A DNA stretch of 64,000 nt from the human T2T-CHM13v2.0 reference genome, Homo sapiens, in NCBI RefSeq assembly GCF_009914755.1, contig NC_060926.1. One strand, 5' to 3'. Positions within the stretch are counted from its first letter, which is position 1, and every line of letters begins with the position of its first letter. Of the stretch, positions 1 through 13,114 are shown in pieces. A program made the position numbers and the translations under genes. The notes beneath the pieces were generated by a model. That model ran no database searches, was not told where the DNA came from, and was given only the letters and a program-made list of their open reading frames with translations.

Positions 1-190
1 ACTGCCCTCCTCCCATCCGCCACCTCCACAGGGAAAGGCACTGGTATCCAAGGTAGAGAGACCCATACATAGACTGTTCATATCACAGGTCTCTGTGCAG
101 ACAGCCCCCAGTACCAACCTGGAGCCAGGTAGACTTGCTGGGTGGCTAGACCCAGAAGAGAGACAACAATCACTGCAGCTCGGCTCACGG

Positions 191-767
191 TGTGTCAGGA
201 GTTGGTTCCTTCTGGTAGGTTCTTGGTCTCACTGACTTGAAGAATGAAGCTGTGGACCTTCATGGTGAGTGTTAAAGCTCTTAAAGTTGGCATGGACCCA
301 AAGAGTGAGCAGCAGCAAGATTTATTGTGAAGAGCGAAAGAACAAAGCTTCCACAGCGTGGAAAGGGACCCAAGCGGGTTGCTGCTGCTGGCTGGGGTGG
401 CCAGCTTTTATTCCCTTATTTGTCCCTGCCCACATCCTGCTGATTGGTCCATTTTACAGAGTGCTGATTTGTGCATTTACAATCCTTTAGCTAGGCACAG
501 AGCATTGATTGGTGCGTTTTTACAGAGAGCTGACTGATGCATTTACAATCCTTTAGCTAGACACAGAGCGCTGATTGGTGCTTTTTTACAGAGTGCTGAT
601 TGGTACATTTAGAATCCTTCAGCTAGACACAGAGTGCTGACTGGTGCATTTACAATCCTTTAGCTAGACACAGAATGCTGATTGGTGCGTTTACAATCCT
701 CTAGCTAGACAGAAAAGTTCTCCAAGTCTCCACTCAACCCAGGAAGTCCAGCTAGCTTCATCTCTCA
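191..767 (-). mobile_element. Solo ERV9 LTR (LTR12F-like) inserted in the L1 5' UTR
   Basis: TG...CA termini (minus strand TGAGAGATGAAGCTAGCTGG...CCTGACACA). Tandem ~41/24-bp CCAAT-containing repeats. 4-bp TSD acgg (187-190) / acag (768-771). Confidence 0.9.
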
Positions 768-1316
768 ACAGGAAGACATATCCACAGGAAAAGGTGGAGA
801 GTACTACATCAAGGGAACACTCCATGGGACAAAAAAATCTGAACAGCAGCCTTCAGCCCTAGACCTTCCCTCTGACAGAGCCTACCCAAATGAGAAGGAA
901 ACAGTAAAGCAACCCTGGTAATATGACAAAGTAAGGCTCTTCAACACTCCCCCAAAAAATCACACTAGTTCACCAGCCAGGGATCCAAACTAAGAAGAAA
1001 TCTCTGATTTACCTGAAAAAGAATTTAGGAGGTTAGTTATTACACTAATCAGGGAGGGACAAGAGAAAGGCAAAGCCCAATGCAAGGAAATCAAAAAAAT
1101 GATACAATAAGTGGAGGGAGAACTATTCAAGGAAATAGATAGCTTAAGAAAAAATAAAAAATTCAGGAAACATTGGACACTTTTAGAAATGTGAAATGCT
1201 CTCGAAAGTCAGCAATAAGACTGAACAAGTAGAAGGAAGAAATTCAGAGCTCGAAGACAAGCTCTTCGAATTAACCCAATCCAACAAAGACAAAGGAAAA
1301 AGAATAAGAAAATATG

Positions 1317-1641
<325 letters not shown>

Positions 1642-4600
1642 AAATATGAATAAAGCCTTCAAGAAGTCTGGGATTATGTTAAATGACAAAAGCTAAGAAT
1701 AATCAGTGTTTCTAAAGAAGAAGAGAATTCTAAAAGCTTGGAAAACATATATGGGGGAATAATCGAGGAGAACTTCCCTGGCCTTGCGAGAGACCTATAC
1801 ATGCAAATACAAGAAGCACAAAGAATACCTGGGAAAATCATTGCAAAAAGATCTTTGCCTAGGCACACTGCCATCAGGTTATCCAAAGTTAACACAAGGA
1901 AAGAATCTTAAGAGCTGTGAGACAGAAGCACCAGGTAACCTTTAAAGGAAAATCTATCAGATTAACAGCAGATTTCTCAGCAAAAACACTACAAGCTAGA
2001 AGGGATTGAGGCCCTATCTTCAGCCTCCTCAAACAAAACAATTATTAGCCAAGTATTTTCTATCCAGTGGAACTAAGCATCATATATGAAGGAAAGATAC
2101 AGTCTTTTTCAGACAGACAAATACTGAGAGAATTCGCCATTACCAAGCCACCACTACAAGAACTGCTAAAAGGAGCTCTAAATCTTGAAACAAATCCTTG
2201 AAACACAGCAAAACAGAACCTCTTTAAAGCATAAATCACACAGGACTTACAAAACAAAATACAAATTAAAAAGCAAATACAAAAAACAACCAAAAAAAAA
2301 AACAATGTGTACAGGCAACAAAGAGCATGATGAATGCAATGGTACTTCACATTTCAATACTAACATTGACTGTAAAAGACCTAAATGCTCCACTTAAAAG
2401 AACCACAGAATGGATAAGAACTCACCAACCATCTATCTGCTGCTGAGACTCACCTAACACATAAGGACTCATAGAAACTTAAAGTAAAGGGGTGGAAAAA
2501 GGCACTTCATGCAAATGGACACCAAAAGCGAGCAGGGGTAGTTATTCTTATATCAGACAAAACAAATGTTAAAGCAACAGCATCTAAAAGAGACAAAGAG
2601 GGACATTATATAATGGTAAAAGGCCTTGTCCAGCAGGAAAATATCACAGTCCTAAACATATAAGCACCTAACATTGAAGCTCCCAAATTTATAAAACAAT
2701 CACTAACAGACCTAAGAAATGAGATAGACAGCAACACAATAATAGTGGGGACTTCAATATTCCACTGACAGCACTAGACAGGTCATCAAGACAGAAAGTC
2801 AAAAAAGAAACAATGGATTTAAACTATACCTTGGAACAAATGGACTTAACAGATATATACAGAACATTTCATCCAACAACCGCAGAATACACATTCTATT
2901 CAACAGTGCCTGGAATTTTCTCCAAGATAGACCATATGACAGGCCATAAAATGAGCCTCAATAAATTTAAGAAAATTGAAATTATATCAAGCACTCTCTC
3001 AGACCACACTGGAATAAAACTGGAAATGAACTCCAAAAGGAACCTTTAAAACCATGCAAATACATGGAAATTAAATAACCTGCTCCTGAAAGAGCATCGG
3101 GTCAAAAACAAAATCAAGATGGAAATTTAAAAATTCTTGAAACTGAATGACAGTAATGACACACCCTAACAAAACCTCTGGAATACAGCAAAGACAGTGC
3201 TAAGAGGAAAGTTCATAGCCCTAACTGCCTACATCAAAAAGACTGAAAGAGCAAAAACTGACATTCTAAGGTCACAGCTCAAGGAATTAGAGAAATAAGA
3301 ACAAATCAAACCCAAACCCAGCAGAAGAAAGGAAATGAGCAAGATCAGAGAAGAACTAAATGAAATTGGAACAAAACAAAAAATACAAAAGATAGATACA
3401 AAAAACAAAAAGCTGGTTTTTTGAAACGATAAATAAAGTTGATAGACCATTAGCAAAATTAACCAAGAAAAGAAGAGAGAAAATCCAAATAACCTCACTA
3501 AGAAACGAAACAGGAGATAATACAACTGACATCATGAAACACAAAAGATCATGGAAGGCTACTAACACCTTTACACACATAAACTAGAAAGCCTAGAAGG
3601 GATGGAGAGGTTCCTGGAAAAATACAACCCTCCTAGCTTAAATCGGGAAGAATTAGATACCCTGAACAGACCAATAACAAGCAGCAAGACTGAAATGGTA
3701 ATTTAAAAATTACCAACAAAAAAAAGTCCAGGACAAGATGGATTTTCAGCAGAATTCTACCATTCAAAGAATTGGTACCAATCCTTTTGACACTATTCCA
3801 CAAGATAGAGAAAGAAGGAATCCTCCCTAATTCATTCCATAAGCCAACATCACCCTAATACCAAAACCAGCAAAGGACATAACCAAAAAAGAGAACTACA
3901 GACGGGTATCCTTGATGAACACATATACTAAAATCCTTAACAAAATACTAGCTAACCAAATCCAACAACTTATCAAAAAGATAATCCACCATGATCAAGC
4001 AGGTTTCACACCAGGGATGCAGGGATGGTTTAACATATGCAAGTCATGATAAATGTGATACACCACATAAACAGAATTAAGAACAAAAAACACATGATCA
4101 TCTCAAGAGATGCAGAAAAAGCACTCAACAAAATTCAACATCCCTTTATGATTAAAACTCTCAGCAAAAATGGCATACAAGGGACACAGCTTAATGTAAC
4201 AGCAAACATAATACTGAATGGGGAAAAGTTGAAAGCATTCCCTCTGAGAACTGGAACAAGACAAGGGTGCCTACTCTCACCACTGCTCTTCAACAGAGTA
4301 CTGGAAGTCCTAGCCTGAGCAATCAGACAAGAGAAAGAAATAAAGAGCATCCAAATCAGCAAAGAGGAAGTTACACTGTCACTGTTTGCTGACGATATGA
4401 TCATTTACCTTGAAAACCCTAAAGACTCCTCCAGAAAGCTCCTAGAACTGATAAAAGAATTCAGCAAAGTTTCTGGATACAAGATTAATGCACACAAATC
4501 AGTAGCTCTTCTATACACCAACTGCGACCAAGCGGAGAAGCAAATCAAGAACTCAACCCCTTTTACAATAGCTGAAAAAAAATAAAACACTTAAGAATAT

Positions 4601-4783
4601 ACCTAACCAAGGAGTCAAAAGACTTCTACAAGGAAAACTACAAAACACTGCTGAAAGAAATCAGACGACACGAACAAATGGAAATGCAGCCCATGCTCAT
4701 GGATGGGTAGAATCAATATTGTGAAAATGACCATACTGCCAAAAGCAATCTATAAATTCAATGCAATCTGCATCAAAAAACCA

Positions 4784-5396
4784 CTGTGGAAGTCAGTGTG
4801 GTGATTCCTCAGGGATTTAGAACTAGAAATACCATTTGACCCAGCCATCCCATTACTGGGTATATACCCAAAGGACTATAAATCATGCTGCTATAAAGAC
4901 ACATGCATACGTATGTTTATTGCGGCACTATTCACAATAGCAAAGACTTGGAACCAACCCAAATGTCCAACATTGATAGACTGGATTAAGAAAATGTGGC
5001 ACATATACACCATGGAATACTATGCAGCCATAAAAAATGATGAGTCCATGTCCTTTGTAGGGACATGGATGAAATTGGAAATCATCATTCTCAGTAAACT
5101 ATCGCAAGGACAAAAAACCAAACACCGCATGTTCTCACTCATAGGTGGGAATTAACAATGAGAACACATGGACACAGGAAGGGGAACATTACACTCTGGG
5201 GACTGTTGTGGGGTGGGGGGAGGGGGGAGGGATAGCATTAGGAGATATACCTAATGCTAAATGACAAGTTAATGGAAATGACGAGTTAATGAGTGCAGCA
5301 CACCAGCATGGCACATGTATACATATGTAACTAACCTGCACATTGTGCACATGTACCCTAAAACTTAAAGTATAATAATAATAAAATTAAATTTAA
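4784..5396 (+). mobile_element. 5'-truncated L1PA (L1PA3-like) nested in L1PB ORF2
   Basis: ORF2 C-terminus plus 3' UTR with G-tract; ctaaatgac, caccagcatgg and aactaacc states. TSD aaaaaacca at 4775-4783 and 5397-5405. The host L1PB resumes exactly at 5406. Confidence 0.9.
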
Positions 5397-6571
5397 AAAA
5401 AACCATCATCATTCTTCACAGAATTAGAAAAAATAATCCTAAAATTCATATGGAACCAAAAAAGAGCCCACATAGCCAAAACAAGACTAAGCAAAAGGAA
5501 CAAATCTGGAGGCCATCACACTACCTGATTTCAAACTATACTATAAGGCCATAGTCACCAAAACAGGTACTGGTATAAAAAGAGACACATAGACCAATGG
5601 AACAGAATAGGGAACCCAGAAATAAACCCAAATACTTACAGCCAACTGATCTTAGACAAAGCAAACAAAAACATAAAGTGGGGAAAGGACACCCTTTTCA
5701 ACAAATGGTGCTGGGATAATTGGCTAGCTACATGTAGCAGATTGAAACTGGATCCTCATCTCTTCACTTTATACAAAAATGAACTCAAGATGGATTAAGG
5801 ACTTAAACCTAGGGCCTGAAACTATACTAATTCTAGAAGATAACATTGGAAAACCCATTCTAGACATTGGCTTAGGCAAGGATTTCATGACCAAGAACCC
5901 AAAAGCAAATGCAATAAAAACAAAGATAAATAGCTAGGACCTAATTAAACTAAAGAGCTTTTACATGGCAAAAGGAACAGTCAGCAGAGTAAATGGACAT
6001 CCCACAGCACGGGAGAAAATCGTCATAATCTGTACATCTGACAAGGACTAATATCCAGAATTTACAATGAACTCATATCAGTAAGAAAAAAAACAATCCC
6101 ATCAAAAAGTGAACTAAGGACATGAATAGACAATTCTCAAAAGAAGATACACAAATGGCCAACAAACATATGAAAAAATGCTCAACATCAGAAATGATCA
6201 GCAAATCAAAACCACAATGTGATACCACCTTGCTCCTGCAAGAATGGTCATAATTAAACAATCAAAAAACAGATGTTGGCATGCATGCAGTGAACAGGGA
6301 ACACTTCTACACTGCTGGTGGGAAGGCAAACTAGTATAGCCACTATGGAAAACAGTGAAGATTCCTTAAAGAACTAAAAGTAGAACTACCATTTGATCCA
6401 GCAATCCCACTACTGGGTATCTACCCAGAGGAAAATAAGTCATTACTGGAAAAAGATACTCGCACACCCATGTTTATAGCAGCACAATTCACAATTGCAG
6501 AATCATGGAACCAACCCAAATGCTCATCAGTCAATGAGTGGATAAACTGTGGTGTGTGTATATATACATAT

Positions 6572-6572
<1 letters not shown>

Positions 6573-6604
<32 letters not shown>
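6573..6604 (+). repeat. (GT)16 microsatellite inside the L1PB
   Basis: Read directly. Confidence 0.9.
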
Positions 6605-6605
<1 letters not shown>

Positions 6606-8234
6606 TGCAATACTATGCAGCCATAAAAAGCAATGAATGAAGAGCATTTGCAGCGACCTGGATGACATTGGAGACTATTATTCTAAGTGAAGTAACTCAG
6701 GAATGGAAAACCAAACACAGTATGTTCTCATTGATATGTGGAAGCTAAACTATGAAGATGCAAAGGCATAAGAATAATACAATGGACTTTGGAGACTTGG
6801 GAGGAAGAGTGGGAGGGGGGCGAAGGATAAAGACTACAAATATGGTGCAGTGTACACTGCTCGGGTGATGGGTGCACCAAAATCTCACAAATCACAACTA
6901 ATTTACTCATGTAACCCAATACCACCTGTACCCCAATAACTTATGGGGAAAGAAAAAGACAAGAATGTTAATAGTTGTTGTTCCTGAGTTGTGGATTAAG
7001 TCAATGTTTCCAAGGCCCAACTAAAAGAATAAATATAAGGGGTGAGAGACAAGTGGTGAGGATGTGGTGAATGGAAGCTCATGTCCCCTGTCAACAGCAT
7101 TTGATGTACTTTTAACACTATGAAGGCCACACAAAATAGTTTGTCAGTTTAACGGTCCCTGGATTTTGTGCCTGTTTTCTTCCTTGTGCTTTTGTATTCT
7201 GCAGAAATTCTTTTTGTATTTCTGAACTATGTAATATTTTTGTAAACAGATTTGTTTAAAAGCTCAAACATTTACAGTAGTAAGATTCAGAAAAAGACCT
7301 TTATTTTTAGGTTACATTATCTTACACAGCAGGCAAATAAGGTGTGTTTTGACAAATTAGTGGTATTAATGAAAATATGAGTCTCACAAACTATGAACTA
7401 AGGCAGAAAAGATAAACATCCTTGTTTTAGGCCTCAAGTGGAGGTGGCGGAAGGGTTTATGATATTATGGTAACTGTAGAAGCTTTGCCAGTGCTGTCCA
7501 AGGTGCCCCACTTCTGTGTGGAGGCTTAAGCAATCTTGGTATCCACAGTAAATACACTGAGGGGATGAAAGCTAAACATTTTAGTTAAATGAGCAGGAGT
7601 GGCTACATAGATGGGCAAACTTTACCAGTGCAGATGGGATGGTGAGAAGTCAGAAATAAGAAACTAGGGCCTGGCTCTGGTTGTTGTTCAGGCTAAAACC
7701 AGTAAAGTGAATACAGGAGGACACCCAGCAGTCTTGTGCATGGGATACAAGAGCCAGGATACTCAGGACTGACACAAGCTGTGCTACCAACAGTCACTTT
7801 TTCATGAGCTTGCTCACAGGGGTCCTGGAAGGCGAGTTGTGAATGCCTACAGTGTGCTAAGCACTTTCACACATCTTTATACTCAGGTGAAATGAACCGT
7901 ATTCCCCCCCTTTATCACTGATGATACAGGTTAGATTGTTAACAAACCCATGTCTAACTTCAAAGCCGATTCAGGATCCTCCCTGGGGCTGGAGTATTAG
8001 TCATTAACCCTTTAAGCCTAGTCAAAGAACATGCTTTTCCCACTTCTCTCACATCACCATTCTAATAGAAACTTACAGGTATCAGAAAGTGCACCTTGTG
8101 CCTTAGAAAGCTACACAAATAATCAACAATCCCTAATTCATAAGAATGTCTGCAGCTTAATTAGCCAGGCATAAGACTATTAGTTGACTAAAAAAAAAAA
8201 ATTACAGCTCTTAAACGAAGACAACTTCTCAATA

Positions 8235-8244
8235 TTTATTTATT
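8235..8244 (-). terminator. Distal polyadenylation signal (overlapping AATAAATAAA)
   Basis: Plus strand tttatttatt gives two overlapping AATAAA on the minus strand. A GU/U-rich element follows (T11 on the minus strand near 8190-8201). Confidence 0.75.
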
Positions 8245-11186
8245 CATTCAGTTTGATGTGCATATCTTTGAAAAGGGTTGACTTATAAAGAAATACATGA
8301 AGTTTACAATCTGTAGCTCAATCTATCAAAGAAAATGGTGGCTTTTAGTAATTAAATAAGACAAGCATTAGTTCCTACCATTTTAATGTGTTCAGGGTAG
8401 GAAACAGAATAGACAATTGTGACTGTAATGAGGTCCATGAACGTTTAGAATATGATTAATGCATTTTCCACACTGACCCATGGAAACAATAACAGCTAAT
8501 GTGGCCCCACTCTCACCTGTGAATCGTCTTATTCCCACAGGAAACATCAAACCTCCCCAAATATCATCCTCTAGGCAGAGGTCACTTAACTATTAAATTT
8601 ACAAGGCAGGTGCAAAAAAAAAAAAAGGTGGGGGGACCGAAGAAATAAAGGAAAAATTCTATTTACTAAAATTCAAGTAGCTAAACTATCTTTTAGGTGA
8701 AGTCAGTGAAAACCTTCACACATTGCTCATTTACCCTTATTTCAATCATAATGCTAATATACTTCCCATCTGGTTTCTATTTTTCAGCAAGTCAAAAGAA
8801 AAAACAATTGAGATAGATATGGTAAAGTATTAGCAGAGACAGAAAAATAGCTACAAAGTGGCAGCTGTCAAGGAAAAAGGGAAACAGTTATAAATTCAAG
8901 TAGAACTAGAAAATAGCCATGAGAATGTGGAAAAGCTACCAGCCTCTCACTTTTAGAGACACAAAGCAATCAGTGTGTAATTGTTTCTTAATGACTATTC
9001 CAAACTATCAAAGTTATACTGTATTCGGAATAATCTAAGGTAATAAAGTATCTAGTACACTTTAGAAATATTTTTATTCAAAATTAATTAAAAAGCATTA
9101 TGTTAAAAAAGATAAGCTTTTGTTAGTTAATAGACTTCCTCACCAAGTCATGTTGAGCCTCATTCAACAGCACAGAATAAGCCAATTTTATACAAGACAC
9201 AGGTATATGGAAACACAAATAACTTTAATGATTTGTGGTAAAAAAGAAGGAAGCTTGAATCTATGATTGAAAAATAAAAAATAATTACATGTATATCTAC
9301 ACAGAAAGTACAATCACAAGTTTCAAGAGCTTAACACAAACTAACTGCTGTCAAATATTTAACAAAAGCAAAGATGAAACTGCTTAACAGTCAGGGAAAA
9401 ACAACAAAAAGAAGGGAGGGGTGATAAACCAAGAAAATGAATGACAAAAACTAAGAGACCTCATAGGTGTCTTTACAATCAGGAATTCAGATGCAAGGAA
9501 CAGACACAAACCTGTCTAAAATGTGACCTATGAGGCAACAGAAAGTGACTTAAAGTCTGTTATAAATAAAAAATGACAACCAAAATCCTAGAGAGTCTTA
9601 AATTATTTAATCCAGACATTATCTAACGCCTCGGATTTTTGTTTGGTGCTATGGTGTTCATTTTCTATCAGAATGAAATGTGGGACAAATGCATTACTGG
9701 TTGTAGAGAGTGTTTCAGAGCTAATTCACCCAGCAAGGTCAGGGTCAAAAGGTTATTATTTTGTTCATATATTTCTTGATATGAAAAAACAACATGTCAA
9801 AGAAAGAATTAAAGCAAAATGTGTTTTCAAATGATAAACAGAATCTCAAACTTTCAAGTAAGTGCATCTTAAGATGTTGATGAACTTCAGAGATTCTCAC
9901 TATTTTAAAACTAGGGATATTCTATTCTGGTAGTTATCAAACTGTCCTCTTTTGTTCATGAGGAACCAAACTGGCAAGTCTCTCAGTGTCTCCTTCCCCA
10001 AGTCTTTAATTTTATAAGTATATTCAATGTCTAGGAAGGAATTATTAAAGAATTCTGCTTCTTAAAAAAATGTTTCAAAATAATCTAATGTATCCTTGTC
10101 GATTCATGAATGAGAGCACCCAGAGCAGAGTAACCTCCCCAGATCTGGCCACTCTCAAGTGGTATCCTGCCCACTCACTAAGGCCTTGCCTATTTGATAT
10201 TAGTAAGCCCTCCCCATACCTACTTCTATACTTACTGTATGGCCTTTTGTATGATCTGGAAAAAATCTGTTGTAAATCAAGTAATCACCAACTTCTGCCT
10301 CCATGCCAACCTAAAAACTTTAAAAAAAACCTTTTCCTTTTACAAAGGAAGAAATTAAGACCTTCAAAATTATTTTACAAATACCAACAAGGTTTACCAG
10401 AAGAAGACTGCTTCTTAATTTAAAGTAATGACGTTGGACTGACAATTTGCTAGACTGGTCAGACCTTTTAAAAAATACTAACATTAAAATGTGTTAGAGA
10501 AAATGCTCTAAGTATATATACACATGTAGTAGATAAACAGAGTTACAAATTGATAGTTACAAGCAAATGTACAGAATAAAAATATGTACCATGAGCCTAG
10601 TGTTGATTTTTACCACACACACAAAAAAACCAATGTTAATGATTAAATCACAATTTCCTGATGATATACAAGATAAAAAACAGGGATGAAAGTGTAGAAA
10701 CACACAACAAAGTAAATTATTAAGAAAAGAAATGAACACAATATAGGATAAAGACAAATGCAGATAGGAGAATTTAACACCTATGGTGGCACATTTAGAC
10801 CAAATACTCTTTTTTCAATAAAGCCAAAATAAATTGTTTGATAATATTCTGTTTACTAAAAAAAAAAAAAAAAAAAAGGCAAGTTTTTTCACTGGTGGCA
10901 GGTATGGAGAATATTAAAAGACTCAAACAGTAATGATACCACTTGTCTATTTAACCAAGATTCTGGTGTCCTCATTAATCTTTGATACCCAATAATCTGA
11001 ATAGAAAGACATGATAAATCAAAAACATGCCAATTTTAAAAAGAAAAACCTTTAAAAGCAATCCCAGCTTCTAAATGGTAAACACAACATGAATTCCTAA
11101 TCTGGCATTAGACTTTTTTTTTTTTTTTTTGATTCAAAGACAAATATGAATGACTCTACCTATTTGTAAAAATGTGAACATTAAAA

Positions 11187-11236
11187 ACAGTACAATGACT
11201 GGGCTCTCACAAACCGTGCAAATTCAATTTGAAATG
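11187..11236 (-). promoter_or_regulatory. Cluster of miRNA seed matches in the proximal 3' UTR (miR-203, miR-19, miR-101)
   Basis: mRNA-sense CATTTCAA at 11236-11229 (miR-203 8mer), TTTGCAC at 11222-11216 (miR-19 7mer-m8) and GTACTGT at 11193-11187 (miR-101 7mer-m8). Confidence 0.6.
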
Positions 11237-11253
11237 TTCATCTGGTATAATAT

Positions 11254-11634
<381 letters not shown>

Positions 11635-11671
11635 TCAAAAACACTGTATATGAATGAGGAAAATAAAAATA

Positions 11672-12017
11672 CAAGTTGAATATCCCTTACCTGAAACATT
11701 TGGACGAGAAGCATTTCAGATTCAGAAATTTTTTGGGTTTTGGAAAATTTGCATATACATGAGGTATCTTAAGGATGAGGCTCAAGCCTAAACACAAAAT
11801 TCGTTTGTTTCTTGTACACCTTATGCACATAGCCTGAAGTAATTTTATACAATATCTTCAGTAATTTTGTGCATGAAACAAAATTTTGACTGTGTTCTGA
11901 CCGTGACCTGTCACATGAGGTCAGGTGTGGAATTTTCCACTTGTGGCATCATGTCAAAGCTCAAAAAGTTTTGGATTTTGGAGCATTTTAGATGTTGGAT
12001 TAGGAATGCTCCATCTG
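11672..12017 (-). mobile_element. Tigger4b/MER46-like non-autonomous TcMar-Tigger element
   Basis: TIR-like ends caagttgaatatccc and ggaatgctccatctg, TA TSDs, and internal 'gtcacatgaggtcaggtgtggaattttccacttgtggc'. Confidence 0.8.
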
Positions 12018-12976
12018 TAACAATTATGAGCAGCTAAGAAGCTACTTAATGAGGTGCTGGGACAAGTTATATTTCAAGCATACTAACTGGATCAAGAAAA
12101 ATACTTAGGCAAATAGGGGCTTCCTATTTACAATTTTTTCCCTAAGATTCAGTCACCATCTCGGTTCCTTTTCACTCTTCTAAAATTTTAGATATGCTTG
12201 GTATAAAGAAAAAAACAAACTATTCATCAAACTTTTTTCATCAGGATGTTTATGCTTATTTGGTGGGACTTAAAGCCTCCACAACTCCTAGCTTATTTGA
12301 AATAGGCTTCAGAGACACCAGGCTAAACATTATTAAATTACAAGAGTAACATCTTTTCCGTGGACTTTTATCCAATTCTGCCCATCCACATTCAGGTCCT
12401 TACATATTACCAACCTAAGGTCTCCAGGGCAGCCACCATGGGGGTGTGCCCTCCAGGGTTCCAGAAATGTATTCACGGGGCACAAAAGATTTTTGTGCTG
12501 AGGCTAGGGATCCAATTAGCTATGAAACATACTTCCGTATGCTCGTTGGAAATAAAAAAAGTTTCATAATTCCCTTCTATGGAAATTTTCTTTGTGACTT
12601 CTAATATACTTATATAATATCAACAGGATAATGCGATATTATCCATTAAAGCTACAATATGTGGCCATAGAGACATATGGTAACTAAATCCAAGCAGCAG
12701 CTGTAAGTCTTCTTTCAAGCTACTTCCTGTATCTGAGATTTACCTCAGATTCTGAAAGGTTTATGGCAATGTTCAAGATGCCAAAAATCCATTAACAGTA
12801 TGAAATTATTACCTTCTGGATTTTACTGCTCATCGTGATCATCTTTCAGAATCAAGTGCTTGAAATAAGCACAATTAAAATTTTAATCAGTCACCTGTAG
12901 CTGTTGAAAGGGCAGAAGTTCTTCCTGATGGTGATAATAATAGTATGTCATAATAAGAACAATGAAAGTTGTATTA

Positions 12977-13114
<138 letters not shown>

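Larger units (their letters stand above)
8220..11253 (-). other. BARD1: BARD1 long 3' UTR (~3 kb); end position approximate
   Basis: AU-rich and largely repeat-free sequence between the stop codon and the tandem AATAAA at 8244-8235. The length agrees with my memory of the long RefSeq isoform. Confidence 0.75.

Noticed and set aside
440-710. Periodic repeats resembling an array
   Set aside because: These are the normal U3 CCAAT tandem repeats of LTR12 and have no unique spacers.
10070-10423. 117-aa plus-strand ORF
   Set aside because: Antisense to the BARD1 3' UTR, with no recognisable domain, promoter or splice support; consistent with chance.
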